Shown here: positions 1 to 31,432 of the stretch, piece by piece
Layout of the letters: each line of letters opens with the position of its first letter
Position numbering within the stretch: position 1 is the stretch's first letter
Assembly: GCF_009914755.1 (NCBI RefSeq)
Contig: NC_060928.1
Source: the human T2T-CHM13v2.0 reference genome, Homo sapiens
Strand: one strand, 5' to 3'
DNA length: 64,000 nucleotides
Translations under genes and position numbers: made by a program
The notes under the pieces: model-generated
Told to the model about the DNA's origin: nothing
The model's database searches: none
Seen by the model: the letters and a program-made list of their open reading frames with translations, nothing else

Positions 1-164
1 TGCAACAAATAAAAAATAAGCAAACATGATGAAAAAAGCAAAAGTAATATTAAAAGAGCTCAAAGAATAACTGAAAGAATAAAATTTTAAATAATTCAGA
101 GTACATTTAAATAAAAATACTGTAAAGAATAATTAGTATGGTGAAATAAACAAATCTTTATTAA

Positions 165-483
<319 letters not shown>

Positions 484-2286
484 TAATATTTTAAAAGGCA
501 AAATATTCTACATAAATTCAAACTCTGTTAATGGGTATTGTGCCAGAAATAGGCTATCAGTGTAAATATGAGCTACTAAATGCTTATTCATTTGTTCACC
601 AGCACATATCAAGGAAACATTAGTCAGCCAGCTGAATTATGAAAATTCTCTCCCTATAATTAAATTATCATAGTACTAATTAAAACAAGTGTATACTTTT
701 TATACCTGCATGTCCTTAAACAAATGTCCACTTCTATCTAGTCAAACACTAAATGAATGTATTGTAAACATTGCATGAATTCTAAATCCCAAAGACCAAT
801 GCACAGAACAATTTCATTTTGCTTTTCAAGATAGCAAAAAGACTGAGAATAAGTCTCGCTCACCCATATGAATTTCCTATGCAGGCATTATTCCCGGGTT
901 ATCTAGAGTTGAATTGTTAATGCTATTTAATTTTAATAGCCTTCTCAATTTTAAATCCTACTTGCAGAATGTGTACTCCATTTATGCTATTTCATGCTTG
1001 ACTTGTCTACATATCTGGGGAAAATTTTTATTTTGATTTGGGTTCAGAATCAAAAAAAAAAAATTCGCAACTTGGAAACGACTAATATCTGAAAGCACGA
1101 CCAAATAAATCTTCTCTCATTCACAGCACCCAGGAAAGCCAAGATTGGCATGAATGAATATGCTTTCCAAGCCCTGGCTTTTCTTGGGATCAAGAAGATT
1201 TTGCCTTGTATTTTTGCATGTACAGAAATAAGAACAAAAAGCACAAATATATATTCGATTTTTGCACTAAGTTTTGGGCTGCTTATACAACTTAGAAATA
1301 TTTCTGTATGTATCCATCTTTCTATTTTCAGGTAGAGTCCAATGCCATGAAAGGAGCTACGCTGAGTGGAAGAACATCAACTATGTTTTTAATGGTCATT
1401 AAATGAAGTCTCAAAAGTGAAGATATCCAATCAAGTCCAATCCCTGGAACAATGTAGAAAAGATGGACCTAAGAAACCAAAATTGAAATGTCTTTTTCAT
1501 GGATTTAGTGCAGATTCCCTTTAAGAAATTGATAAATTTCACTGTGGACTGGTTGCTAGGATACCCCTCAAAATCTATTAAAGTAAGCTCTTTCCTTTAA
1601 AGGACTGGGCAGGGTTTCCATTATTTCAAAATGACTTTGAAAATCATGCTGGGTGTTCCATCTAAGTGAATGAAACAGGTAAATGAATGGCCCTTAAGAA
1701 AAATAAATGACCATGAAGGATCTAAAAAATAATTAGGCTGTCTCATAATGATACATTTAAAAGTTAGCTTTGTCAAGGAGATTCAGATTTTCAAACCTGA
1801 AAGGAAGAAATAAAAATCAAATGTGAAATGGAAAATGTGAAGTTCCTTGGGGGTAGTTAAAGGCCTACTGTTGTAGAAAGCAAGGGACAGAGTTTACATT
1901 TAGAGTGGGCATGTTGTTTGACACTTATCATCTTAAATGTCATTTTTCTCTGGAACAAAAAGTAGCATGGGTACTTAAAATGTTTCACATTTTGAATTTC
2001 TGTCAATTAGTGAAAACTTGGTAAGCGCTCTTACAGGAATGTTCATATCCAGTTCTGTTACAAGGAAGGCAGGCTGGGGTAAAAAAGATGAATGAGTTCT
2101 AGAAAGGAAACTAGAAGCCTGACTCCTGAACTGAGGACACAGAGTGAATGTTCTTTGATATTTTGATATTCACATCTCTGGAAACTCATTACATATGGCT
2201 GTTTTCCTTATCTCTTTTCGTCAACTATGGATAAAAAATTCTGAAATCAAGAGTGATCCTGTATCACCAAAAATGGGAACTTTGAT

Positions 2287-5580
<3,294 letters not shown>

Positions 5581-5589
5581 AAAAACAAC

Positions 5590-6268
5590 AAAACAAAGTA
5601 AGTGTTGGTGAGGATGTGGAAAAATTGGAACCCTTGTGCACTGTTGATGGGAATCAAAAATGGTGCAGTCATTATGGAAAACAATATGACAATTCCTCAA
5701 AAAATGAAAAATACAATTACCATGTGATCCGGCAATTCAATTTCTGGATACACATCCAAAAAAATGAAAGTAAGATCTCAAAGAGATATTTGTATACCCA
5801 TGTTTAGAGCAGCATTATTCACAACGGTCAAAAGGTGGCAGCTCCCCGAGTGTCCATTGACACATGAGTGGATGAATAAAAAGGTGGTATATACATAAAA
5901 TGGAATATTATTCAGCCTTAAAAGGAAAGGAAATTCTGACATGGGCTACAACATGGATGAACCTTGAGGACACCATGCTGAGTGAAATAGGCTAGCTGTA
6001 AAAAGATAAGTGCAATTCCACTCATATGAGGAACCTAGAGTAATCAAATTCATAAAGACAGAAAGTAAACAGGTGGTTTCCTGGAGCTGCGAGGAAAGGG
6101 GAACGGGGGTTTATTGTTTAATTGGTGCAGAGTTTCAGTTTTGCAGATGAAAAGCATTCTCAGGATTGATTGCACAACAATGCAAATGTACACAGCACTA
6201 CTGATGTGTATAATTAAAAATGGTTATGATAAATTCTATGTGTATTTCACCACAATTTTAAAAAAAAT
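5590..6268 (+). mobile_element. L1 (L1MB-like) 3' end, continuation of the 2287-3220 element
   Basis: AAGTGTTGGTGAGGATGTGGAAAAATTGGAACCC resumes the L1 consensus where the left part stopped; ends in an A tail. Confidence 0.88.
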
Positions 6269-9200
6269 ACATGAAAATTCTTTGGAAAGTATAAGATATT
6301 ACAGACAAGAGGCCTCAATTATTGAAAAAAAAGATGAAACACTGTCCTGAATATCCCAAGGGGAACAAAATCTTGAGCATGTCACCTTTGAAAGCATCAT
6401 CCTGATCCATGTGTACTAAACCAAGTCTAGTGTGATATAAAGTTCCATAGGCTGCATGTGGCATTATGTGCTACCCTTCAAAATTGATTTCAATCCAAGA
6501 AAGAGAACAAATCTCGATTCCCAAGTCTTTCCACAACTTGCTTGCTTTTCAAACATAAATCATACATATTAAATCTAACCATTGTCTATAAAAAGCCAAC
6601 CACACATTTAAAATGTGTTACTGGTAATAGAGCAGCTTGAGGAGGAAGAGGATGAGGGAACTGAAGGCAAGGGGAGGGAGGTCTGTGGAGAGGGTGGGGT
6701 GGAACCTGCCAGGCTCTGGGAAGATCAAGGACATTGACAAAAAAGAACAGATTTATCATCACAGAAAAGATGAGGGTAAAAAAACAACAAACAAACAAAA
6801 CAGGTTACAGGACAGGACATAAGGGCAGACCAACCGTTTAAGGAAAATAAGTCTCATTAGAGGGTTAGAAGCATTAAAAAACTTTTTTCACTTTGTCCTC
6901 TGAGGAGAATATTTCTGAAATTTCTGCTTATGGTTATATAAAATCGGGCTGAGGATTTTTTAAAACGTAAAGTTGGTAGCAGACTTTGGATATTTTCATC
7001 TATATTTGTTTTTCTGCCTTTAATAAAATAGTGTGTATGTTTCATTTCAGAAGCTATCAAAGACCACATTTTGATTGGTCCACACAATCAAACCAGAAGA
7101 ATGTTCCAGTTTATTGAATTTGTCTCCTTATTTAAGATAAAGAAAATTAAGCCAGGAGAAGTTAACGCTCCATCCACCAGCTGGGTCTTTGATGAAGGGA
7201 AGTGAAATGAGGATTCTGCACAGGTGGGCGGTAGCTGGTGGAGTGAGCGCCCTGCAGGTGCAAGTCATGACAACAAATGGGGAGGGATGCTGTGAAGACA
7301 TTGCCCCATTGTGTTAGGAGAATTCCCAGACACCCCATTCCACTCCTCCAGCTCTCTCCAGGATGGAAGAATGGGGAACTATGAGGCGTATGCACCATCC
7401 AGGAAGAATCCTAAGTCACATTTACCCTGAAAAGCATGCTTCGGTCCATGAATGTCTTCCACCCTGTGGCTGGGGCTTGGGGGCGGGTAGGGAACAGTGT
7501 GGCTGGTGATATTTATGCTTTTCTTCATTTACCAAATATCTTGTAAATGGAACTCTTTCTTTTTTATAAGTCAGTGTTAATGAGTGTAGACCTCAGAGAT
7601 TTAAAATGAACTATCTGCAAATCTGTGACATTACACTAGAATAAATGTTTTATTACCCCTTCAAATCCAAGTCTCACTTAAAAGATGTTGAACAGAAAGT
7701 ACTTAAAGGAATATCTTACATTTTTCATCCATAGTTCAAGTTAAATGATAGGGTAATACCAACACATTAGCTGTCCTTTATACATATTAATCAATAATGC
7801 AGTTTTATTATCAATAATTGATTTAAGTCTCAGTAGTGGACAATTTTAAAACAGTCTAAATGTGAAAGTTCAGCATTCTAATCGTTCACAGACAAGCAAG
7901 TTAGTGTGAATATATGACACTATGTAAATGACAATATATACATCCAAGTTTAAGTTTACAGTCCAATATAAGGTTACAATTATGTCAAGTCTTAGAAGAA
8001 TTTTTTTCATAGATACGGACTTCTAACCTATGTATATCACTCTTCTGTTACTATACTTGATAAAATACATTTTGCTAGCTAGAATAGACTTATACTTAGA
8101 AAGTTCCATTTACAGTTACACAATTTAATAAAGTTTGATTAAATGAACTGGCAAAATCTGTAATGTTACAAAGTAATAAAATGTAAAACTAAAACTATGG
8201 CACATCTGAAAATCAAGAATGACTTGTTTGGCCCACATTATAATTCCTGTATACTAGAATAATAATATATGTTATGTCATAATTTTTCATAAATGATTTT
8301 TCAAAATTCAGCAATAATTTTAAATAAATGTGTGCATATATATACGTTTTGCATATAGTTACACAGGTTTCCCAACTGAAATAACTAAGAGAAATAAAAA
8401 CAGAGAAAAACCTGCCTCTGTGCTGGAAGGAGGGAAGGGTGACATGTCAATAAGTGTTTGTTGAATGAGTGAATGAATCATGCAAAATTCTAATATCTTA
8501 TTAAAATAGGAGATAACCTGCCATAGCTAGGACCCAGAAATAAAGAAAACAGAGTTACTTTCATTGTATCTGGGGATCATCCCTTAGCTATTTCTCTCAG
8601 TATTTTGAACCTATGTTAATAATGGATATCAAATTTTTCAAACACCAGCAGAGGACAAGGAAGAGCTAACATTCTGACCCCAGTGAAAGTGGACTCTGGT
8701 ACTTTCATTTAGTCACAGGCTCGCTCAGGGAGTCTTGTTTCTTATTCCTCACTAATAGTCCCAGTCATATAAGCACTTGAGATTATTTTGGCTCCATCCT
8801 ACTTCCCTGTAGCTACTATGGCCTCCCACTCTCTCATGGACATTCATCGTATTTTGCTCTTGAAACATTCCCTCTCTTGGCCACACTCCAATGCAAATGA
8901 TTTACTGTAATATGTCTCCACCTTCACACCTTGTGAGAATGAAATGAAAAATCCTACAATTAATTCCTAAGGAAAACAGTACCTTCTAATGCCACCAAAG
9001 GTATTGGAAGCAATTATTATTAATTAATAATATAATTATTATTAATTGCAATTGTCGTTGCAAACAGCTTCCAAGAGGGTGGTAGACAGCCAAGACTTTT
9101 TATTCAAATAGCTGTTTTCATTCATAAAGCAATCTACTAAATGATAATGTCATGCTTTTTGGCAACATCCGTATTTATGGGTTCTCCTTTTAAGAATTTT

Positions 9201-9954
9201 CTCTTACATTTGGCATGCTCAGTACAGGACAATACTTCTTAGGAAGTTTGATGGATATTTTTCTTTTGTACTTTTTTAATCAACAGAAACTACACTGATT
9301 TTGATTTGCTTAAACAAAAATTTTTTTTCATATTAACAGTCATTTTACCATAGTGTTAGAAGACACCATGGTGGAGGTACTTGCAGTGAGATAACATCCT
9401 GCATATTAATCCTTGTGTTTTTCTCTCCTCCACTTCCTGACTCTTCCCTTCATCAGCTGGAGGCAATCACGTTGCCTGGGAGAGAATTAAGATTGTTAAA
9501 GCAGGAATTTAAGGAGAAAGGAACTATTTTAATATTATTTTTGAAGTAGAAACTAGGGTTTTAAGATTCAAAAAGAGAAGCTCCAAGGAGACCAGAGCAG
9601 AGAGTTTATAACCTCTTCAAAAAGAAAGAGTCAGCCAAGAGTCAGCTCCACCCCTTGGAAACATCAAGAAGCCCAGCCAACACCTACAGACCATCCCTTG
9701 CCATTCCTGTGAGCTCATCATCATGCCCCTGGCAGAAAAGCTACAAGTTTCTTCTTGTGACTTTCCTATGAATGCCTTCCTCGCGTTGTTGCCTATACGT
9801 GGACCGTTGCTCATTCAACAAAAGCCAACTTCTCACCATTCCTTCGCCTTCTCTCCTGCCCTGAGACTTTGATGAGCTCCCATCTGAATTGCCATGGATA
9901 TGTACCCACTTCTGGAGGCACTCAAAAGCAAGTCCCCTGGATCTGTTAAAAAAC

Positions 9955-10390
9955 AATGTGGCTGCCTATAAAATATAAAAGTCAAAACAACAGTAGCTTA
10001 AGGAAGATAGAAGTTTATTTCTCTATGATGTAATAGATATCTAAAGATGAGCAGTCTAGACTTGGAATAGCAGCACTGTATTCATAATGACCTCAGGCTG
10101 CTTCTGTATCCCTGCTACATTATCCTAATGCTGGCTTCCATTTTCAGGATCACCTCTTGTCCTAAGATGGTGGGACAAGCTGTCACATTTATATGCTCCA
10201 GCTATCACATTTGCTTTCCTGACAGGAGAAAGGGTGAATGCCCACATCTCCCAGCTGAGTCAACAACTTTAAACAAACTTTCTGAAAGTCCCACACAACA
10301 TTTCTGATTAAATCTCACTGGCTAGGACTTGCCTTCATAGCCACACATAACTGAATAAAAGTCTGAGAAAAGTAGCATTTTATGTGGATG
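9955..10390. mobile_element. Old MaLR (MLT1-like) LTR remnant
   Basis: CAACAGTAGCTTAAGGAAGATAGAAGTTTATTTCTCT...CTCACTGGCTAGGACTTG..CATAGCCACAC motifs. Confidence 0.45.
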
Positions 10391-11094
10391 CATCCCCTAC
10401 ACCTTCCGCACTGACCCCTGCCAAAAAAAATAAAATAAAATAAAATAAAGTGAAAGAGGAGAATGCTTATTGGAAATTAACTCACCCTACCATATGCCCC
10501 TTTCCTAAAAAAAAAAAAAAAAAAAAAAAACAAAAACAGAGCTGGGTCTTTGAAGAGAGTTGATGTGGAATTAATTCACAGGTACATATCTGGGGGAGGA
10601 CTGGGTAGTGGGGAAAAATAATCCTTGTTTCATGAGAAATATATAGATAAATAACCAAGTAATTAAGGTTCCATTAAGATTTTTAAATGGCAATTAACAA
10701 AGCCAAATATTTCAAGTGTGTTATATATAATACAATTATCTATGTTACATATAAAGATGAAGATGATTATATAAAATATAAATTATATTAAAAATAAACA
10801 TACAGTAAATTATGCATAATATATAGATATGCCATCCAAGGCATTTATGTTATTTTCTCCTTGAATGATCAACATGACATTCACCAGAAACTGGATATGT
10901 CTAGAGACATCTTGATTTGCACCTAAAACATGAAGAGCCGCTTTACCAAAGGCCTTGGGAGAGACAGGTGTCCTAGAGTCTAGAACTAATTCAGCAGCTC
11001 AGGATAGAAAGGAGAGCAAAGAACCTGTGACACCATAAAAAACTTCAGCAGCAGTAACCAACCATGATGGCAATTAACATAACCAGCAAAATAA

Positions 11095-11335
11095 TAGCTA
11101 ATATTCGTAGAGTGTTTACTATTTGGTAGGCCCTGCAATGACTTTACTCTTTAATAGGCACAACAACTCGATGAGACTAGAACTATTATCACTCGTTTTC
11201 ACCAGTGAGAAAACTGAGGAACAGAAAAATGCAGTCACTGAAGTCACTTGTAGACAAGCGCATTGCACAATTAATCAGCGTCAGAGCCAAGAATAAAACC
11301 AGGGTTTTATTCTGCTCTGAACTATACCTTCTCCT
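11095..11335 (-). mobile_element. MIR
   Basis: Degenerate core TTTTCACCAGTGAGAAAACTGAGG. Confidence 0.55.
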
Positions 11336-11880
11336 CTTCCAGAAGTGCAGACATCTGATCAGAAGAAAAGATCACATGATATCACAGAATCATCAGGATG
11401 GTGCTGAAGATGAACAAACTGAAATGTCTGAAAGTTTTTAAGAAATTCATAGGCTGTCTTTTAAGTATGATGTTAGAGATGCCAACCAAATATTGCTCTT
11501 CTCAGGGGTGGGTCATTTCAATTTCATTTTCAGAAATTTCCAGTTGATACTTATCACCACAAATGAAAGCTATAAAGAAAGACTACTTGAAATGCATGTC
11601 AGTCCTTTTCTTTAATAAATTTGGTTTATGGTGAAGCCACAAGACAAAATATGTTTATCCCCAGGAGGTATAAACAACTCAGTGCAGGTTATAGGAATCT
11701 CAGTTTTGTATCCAAACAGGTGAAACATTTTTACCACTGACCTTCAGACCATCCTCACTTATCTGAATTTCTGAATTTCAGACAGAAATTAAGCAAGGAT
11801 GTAATGCATACTCTATTTACTTATATTATTTATATATTTCAGAGCTAAATTTTTTAGAAATGCAAACACTATCTTTGTTT

Positions 11881-12170
11881 GTGAGACAGGGTCTCACTCT
11901 GTTGTTGACTGCACTGGAGTGCAGTGGTTCCATCAGGGCTCACTGAAGCCTCGACCTCCCAGGCTCCAGTGATCCTCCCACCTCAGCCTCTCAAGTAGCT
12001 GGGACTACAGGCTTGTGCTAACATGCTTAGCTAATTTTTTAAAAAATAAATTGTAGAGACTGGGTCTCACTGTGTTGCCCAGTCTGGTCTTGAACTCCTG
12101 GGGCCAAGCAATCCTCCTGCCTTGGTCTCCCAAATTGTGGGGATTACAGGCGCAAGCCATCATGCCCAGC
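11881..12170 (-). mobile_element. AluJ-like
   Basis: Antisense Alu dimer; TSD ACACTATCTTT. Confidence 0.88.
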
Positions 12171-13040
12171 TGACACTATCTTTTAACCATAAGCTACTTA
12201 AAAAAAAGAGCAGTAGAGGGTACAGTTTGTTCAAAGAAGAAAATTTTACTTTTTGAAAAATTGAACAGTACAAATGCTGTGAGATTGTAACCCGCACTTT
12301 CTAAATTCAGCTTAATCACATCATAGTATCTTCCAAATCTATGAGTTTGCTGTTAAATATTAATTACATTTTAAATTCATAAATGTACAAATTAACCTTG
12401 TTAAAATTACTTCTGAAATCCCATTGTTTAATAATTCATTCAATAATATGCTTTTGTTACAAAAGTTTAAAAATTCAAATCAGATCACTGAAGGTGATTC
12501 TTCCAATTTCCTAATTATTAAAATTTCTGACTTCAGTTATCTAACAAAACAATACCAGCCAACACATTGGTGATAAAATAGACCTGTTATTTTGCAGCTT
12601 ACATTCTATTGGGTGAAACAAACAATAAAAAATAATAATCGAGAAAAATAGAGCAGAAATAGGCGATAGCTAGGGTGTACTATGTGATTTAGATAGGAGG
12701 GTCACAATTTTAAATCAAGCAGAAAGCACACCCATTCCCCCCATTCTAAGGCAGAGTAGTCCAATAAACTTCAGTTTTTACAAAATTAAACTATAATTTA
12801 TGACTCTTAGGTATCAATATTTCTATTTGATATGTTAATTAGCTAACAAATTATTCTCAAGGAAAGAAAGACAGAAATTCTCCATGAGAATTCTGATTTT
12901 CAGCTTTGTAAATTCTCCTAAAGAAGTTTCAGGAGAAACTTCCTCTGACCAAGTTAAGAAAGAAGAGCCGTATTTAATCAAAGTATCTATCTACTGCTGT
13001 GTTAATAAGTTTCTTAACCAAGAATAAATTTCAAATTACA

Positions 13041-13134
13041 TGGAGAATCGCTGGAACCCAGGAAGCAGAGGGTACAGTGAGTCACGATTGTGCCACTGCA
13101 TTCCAGCCTGGGCAACAGAGCAAGACTCTGTCTC

Positions 13135-13202
<68 letters not shown>

Positions 13203-13203
13203 T
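13041..13203 (+). mobile_element. Alu right-arm fragment with compound (A)n(TA)n(CA)n tail
   Basis: GGAGAATCGCTGGAACCCAGG...GACTCTGTCTC, then poly-A, TA and CA runs. Confidence 0.85.
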
Positions 13204-16200
13204 ATGCTTTTTTCTATGTATAGAAACCCTTCTTTGGCATCTATGAAGATGCTCATATTTTCTACCTTATCTAAATCAATATAGCTAATTATCAATATAG
13301 CTAATTAACTTAATTAGCTATATTAATAGTAAACCATCCTTGCATTCTTAGAATAATCTCCACTTGGGTATGTGGCTTGATTCTTTTATTAAACTTTCCT
13401 AATAATATTTGCATCCATAAGTGAGATGAAATCACAATTTATTTGTTCTTTATTGGATTTAGGTGTCTTTGTTATAGTAACATTTAAAAACACACAAAAG
13501 ATTTCCTTGTTTATCAAGGTCCTAGGAAAAATTTCAAGTGCATTTAAATTATGTTAGGATTCAATTCTGAAGTTCTTCAGGTTTAGTGATGTATGTGTTA
13601 GTGGTGGTAGAGGTGGCTGTCTTTGACAACTTCATTTTTTTATGGCAATTAATTTGTTTATGTTTTCTGTATCCTTTTGAAATAGCCATAGGCTATTTTT
13701 TTCTTTAATCATTTTGTTTGGCAAATGGCATGGAATTGGACAGAGCTCTTTTAGTTATTACTTCCCTCCTCCCTTTGTTTCTATTATTTATATTTCTGTT
13801 TAATTGGCTTATCTAGTTTTATCTATTTTTGTACCAAAAAAATCAGTATTTATTATTTTTCCTTATTAACTTACCAATTCCTTTTTTCAAAAGAAAAATG
13901 TTTAACACATTTTCATTATTTTTTTTTTTTGCAATTGGTTGAAAAAATGTAAAGTGAGGAAATAGAAATAAGTTTATCAAAAACTCTAAGAGTTTGGCTG
14001 TAAGAGTAGAGAAATGGGTGTATTCCTAGAGGGAAACAATAGGTTTAGTGTTTTTTTTTTCTAAGAAGCAGTATTGCAACCTATTTGTTGATGACACTCA
14101 TTTAGGGCAGAGGGAAGAAATTCATGGTACAGGAGAGAAAGAGTTTAATCATGGGAGCAAGGTCCTTGAGTGGGCAAGAGTGTATGGCAACAACTGCACA
14201 GAGGGAATTGTTGTGAGGCAGATTGCTCATCCTCTGTAACAGCAGGCAGAAGGCATTAACTATGGAAATGTGTATTTGGTCATTATTGATGGCCCACTTG
14301 AGATATGTGGTTATAGACCAAGAATGAGTCCAGTCAGTGGAGCTGTTTTTCTTTGGTAACATTTTATAGCTTGACTACACTCAAGCTGTACGGAATGGGC
14401 AGTGGAAAAGATTTGAGCTTAACCCTGGTTGGATGTCTGTCAGGTAAGTAAAAGGGCACATGCATGAAATTCTGCATCTTTCATAGGGTTCACAAACACA
14501 TTATGGTATATGAATTAATGCAACAGAGGATTCAAGAACACTGTAATACAGGGCAGCATGGAGCAGGGAAAGAGATTTTTTTTTAATGCTTTTCAGAATT
14601 TGATACGTATACCTAACTTGAACACAATAGTTGAAGCTTTGCCAGACAGGTCGGTAGGGGCTTTCTCATCTCCTTGTACTAGTAATTTCTTCTTGGCCTT
14701 TAGAGATGGAACAGCATCCACCTCTGATTTTTCTTGTTAGAAGGCATATCAGAATCTCTCAGGAATGCAAGTGTAGTGTTCTTTTTTCTTTATTTAAGTT
14801 TACGAAATACATGCTTATAGAAAATTAAAACATTATAGAAATATGTAAAGCCACCCATGAAAGTTCTTCCATAATTCTGCTTCCTAACAAAGCCACTGTT
14901 AGTAATGTGGTGTTACTTATATTTTAGAGCATCAAGTTGTCCACAAAAATGCTTGCACAACTTTTTTTTTTACCCAAGTTTAGAAATCTTGCCCTAATAA
15001 TCCAGACATTCCTCACTCTCTTAACGAATACTTAGAAACAAATTGCATAAAGGTACCATCTATTAAACCAGTCCCTTACTGACAGGGCATTTGGGCTAGT
15101 TTTAAGTATTAAAGAACAAAGGTGCAATGACTTTGCTTGTGTACACTTGTCAGATCATTCCCATTAGGCAGTTTCCTAGGAATGAACTTAGTAGGCCAAA
15201 AGGTTCAAAGTTTCAATAAATCCCAGAAAACTACATTCCTAAAGGCTGTGACAATTATACTCCCACCTATGGCATACAAGATGGGTAATGTAATTGGAAG
15301 TGCTTGTTCAAAATCATGGTGCAATTTTTTAATTTGGAAAATTTAAAAAATTGACTGTTCTTATAACTGTGTTTTCTAATTATAGAAGGTGAAGTCTGAC
15401 AAATCTTGATTAATGGGGAATCAGGATCCCAGGGCAGGATTTATAAAACTTGTATTTACCAAAAAGAGGCATCAGTATTAGAAACTTTAAAACTTCTCTT
15501 TAAAATCTCCGCAAGATTGCAGCCCTTGCTACAGCTTTAAATAGCTGCACTGGTATCTCCAGTTATTTTCCCCAAGTTTCAATACCAGTATTGGTATCCT
15601 ACTAGTTGAGGAATAAAATCCATACTTATATGAGCTTTCCCCAGAACAAGCCAGCTTTAGTCCCCATTATTCGACAGTAGCAGAACATTCTTTGTCCCAG
15701 AACACACCGCACACTTTCTTGTGCCTGGTTTCATCACTTTATGCCTCATCTCTTTTCCTTCTTTGTCTTCCTTCACTTCAAGGTAATCTCCAATGCCACT
15801 TACTCTATGAAGTCTTCCACAATCCTTCCTGAGAAAAATAAATGGTCTTATCCCTTCTGTTCCCCCAGCATTTCACCTGCACCTCTGTTACAGAATTTCT
15901 ATACTAAGCTACCAAACTGGAAGTCTTAGAGGATAGACACATCTTACTTGTCTATTTCCTGAACAGTATCTAGTGCAGAACTTTGTAGAACATACACTCA
16001 AAAACTGTTTTTGGAATAAACATACATAAATTAAGACTTCAAATCTTTTAATCTCAAATTATTAGTCACAGATGTTATTTTTTAAAGGACTAAAAAAAAA
16101 CTACTGCTCCTTCAAATGTCCTAATTATCGGTTTCATACATTTTTTTTAAAAAAGGGGGTTTTCTAATAAGACTGTCAAAATATTACATCTAGAATAGTT

Positions 16201-16296
16201 ATGTTCAATAAACCTGCATTTACTTGATATCTGCATCTTCCTAGTATCACAAATTGTTTTAGAAATAAAAACACAGGGGTAGGGGACAGGGGACAG

Positions 16297-16302
16297 TTTA
16301 TT
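16297..16302 (-). terminator. PLRG1 proximal polyadenylation signal
   Basis: AATAAA on minus strand ~150 nt after the stop; another AATAAA at 14789-14794 could serve a longer UTR. Confidence 0.6.
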
Positions 16303-16454
16303 GTAAAATATGAAGCAGCAATGATTGAAGCAAGTGAATTTCTCCTTTATATTCCCAGCCAGAGCACAAAATGACTGGATATCCTCATGAACGCCAAGCT
16401 TTTTTTTTTTTAATTAAAAAGAAAAAAAAAGAGAGAGAAAAAATTCCACATTCA

Positions 16455-30078
<13,624 letters not shown>

Positions 30079-31096
30079 GATGCTACCGTGTATCCCACCT
30101 CCGGCAGGGAAGAAACTCTAATCACTAACGCAGTACCCGCCGCCACAGCTGTGCAGCACCTTCCGGAATTGGGCGCCCAGGCGGCGGATGTGATGCAAGC
30201 TCTGCGCACGCGCGCTAGTCTCCCTCGGCCATCTAGGATCAGGAGGCGGGTCTCCCTCCTCGGGACCGCCTCTAGGGCGGAGTCTCGAGGCTGAAAGCCG
30301 GAGACTCCTGGAAGGGCCTGGGTGGAGGGTTTCACTCGTCCCTCTGAAGAAATCTTAGAATTATGTTTTCTGCCTTAGTTGGGGTCCTGGTTGTTCGTGC
30401 TGTATTCCCCGGAAGCTTAACGCTTTTTATTCAGAGAACCTAAGCGTCTGGAGAGCAAACTCCCGTGGGCTCTATCTAAGGCATTTCCACTACCTTGATC
30501 TCTTTGGAGGTCGCCTGCGTGCTTTGTGTCTCCTGGTTCTAATCCTGGCGAGAAGCACTTGGACACTTGTAGGCTTAACACCTGAAAACAATTTCGCTTA
30601 AACAGTCCAGTAAACACTTGTTAAGTGAACGTTGAGGAATAGCTGTTTTAATTTGGAAAATTTTGACATGTAGTTATAACAAAACCCCATATTTATTTTC
30701 TGCTAATAGATTTTTTTTTTTAATTTCTCAAAACTGCATAGCTCTTGTCCATTTCCTAGTTGCCTGCTGATTATTGTGGCTTCAACAATGCCAGGGTACA
30801 GCTTTTCAAAGCTGGTAGAAGACACAATTGGAGACTTTAGCCATTTTTATTTATACATATCCTTGTGCCAAGTATTGGTATTTTTGCTTTCTACCCTGGT
30901 AAAATCTGTGGTTTGTGATCAACCCTACCCAATTATTTTTCTATGTAAAAAAAAAAATGGATGGACTTAGGCATTTACAAACTTAAATAGACAAACATTT
31001 TACTGGCCCTGTTTCAGTTTCACTAATCCTGTCCTGAGAGCATACTGCTTACACTTTGAGAGGGGGAAAAAATCTAGCAAAAGAATAGCAATATAA

Positions 31097-31432
<336 letters not shown>

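Noticed and set aside
7160-7500. GC-richer patch with near-CTCF motifs and a 78-aa ORF
   Set aside because: Motifs do not align without a gap, and there is no splice or homology support
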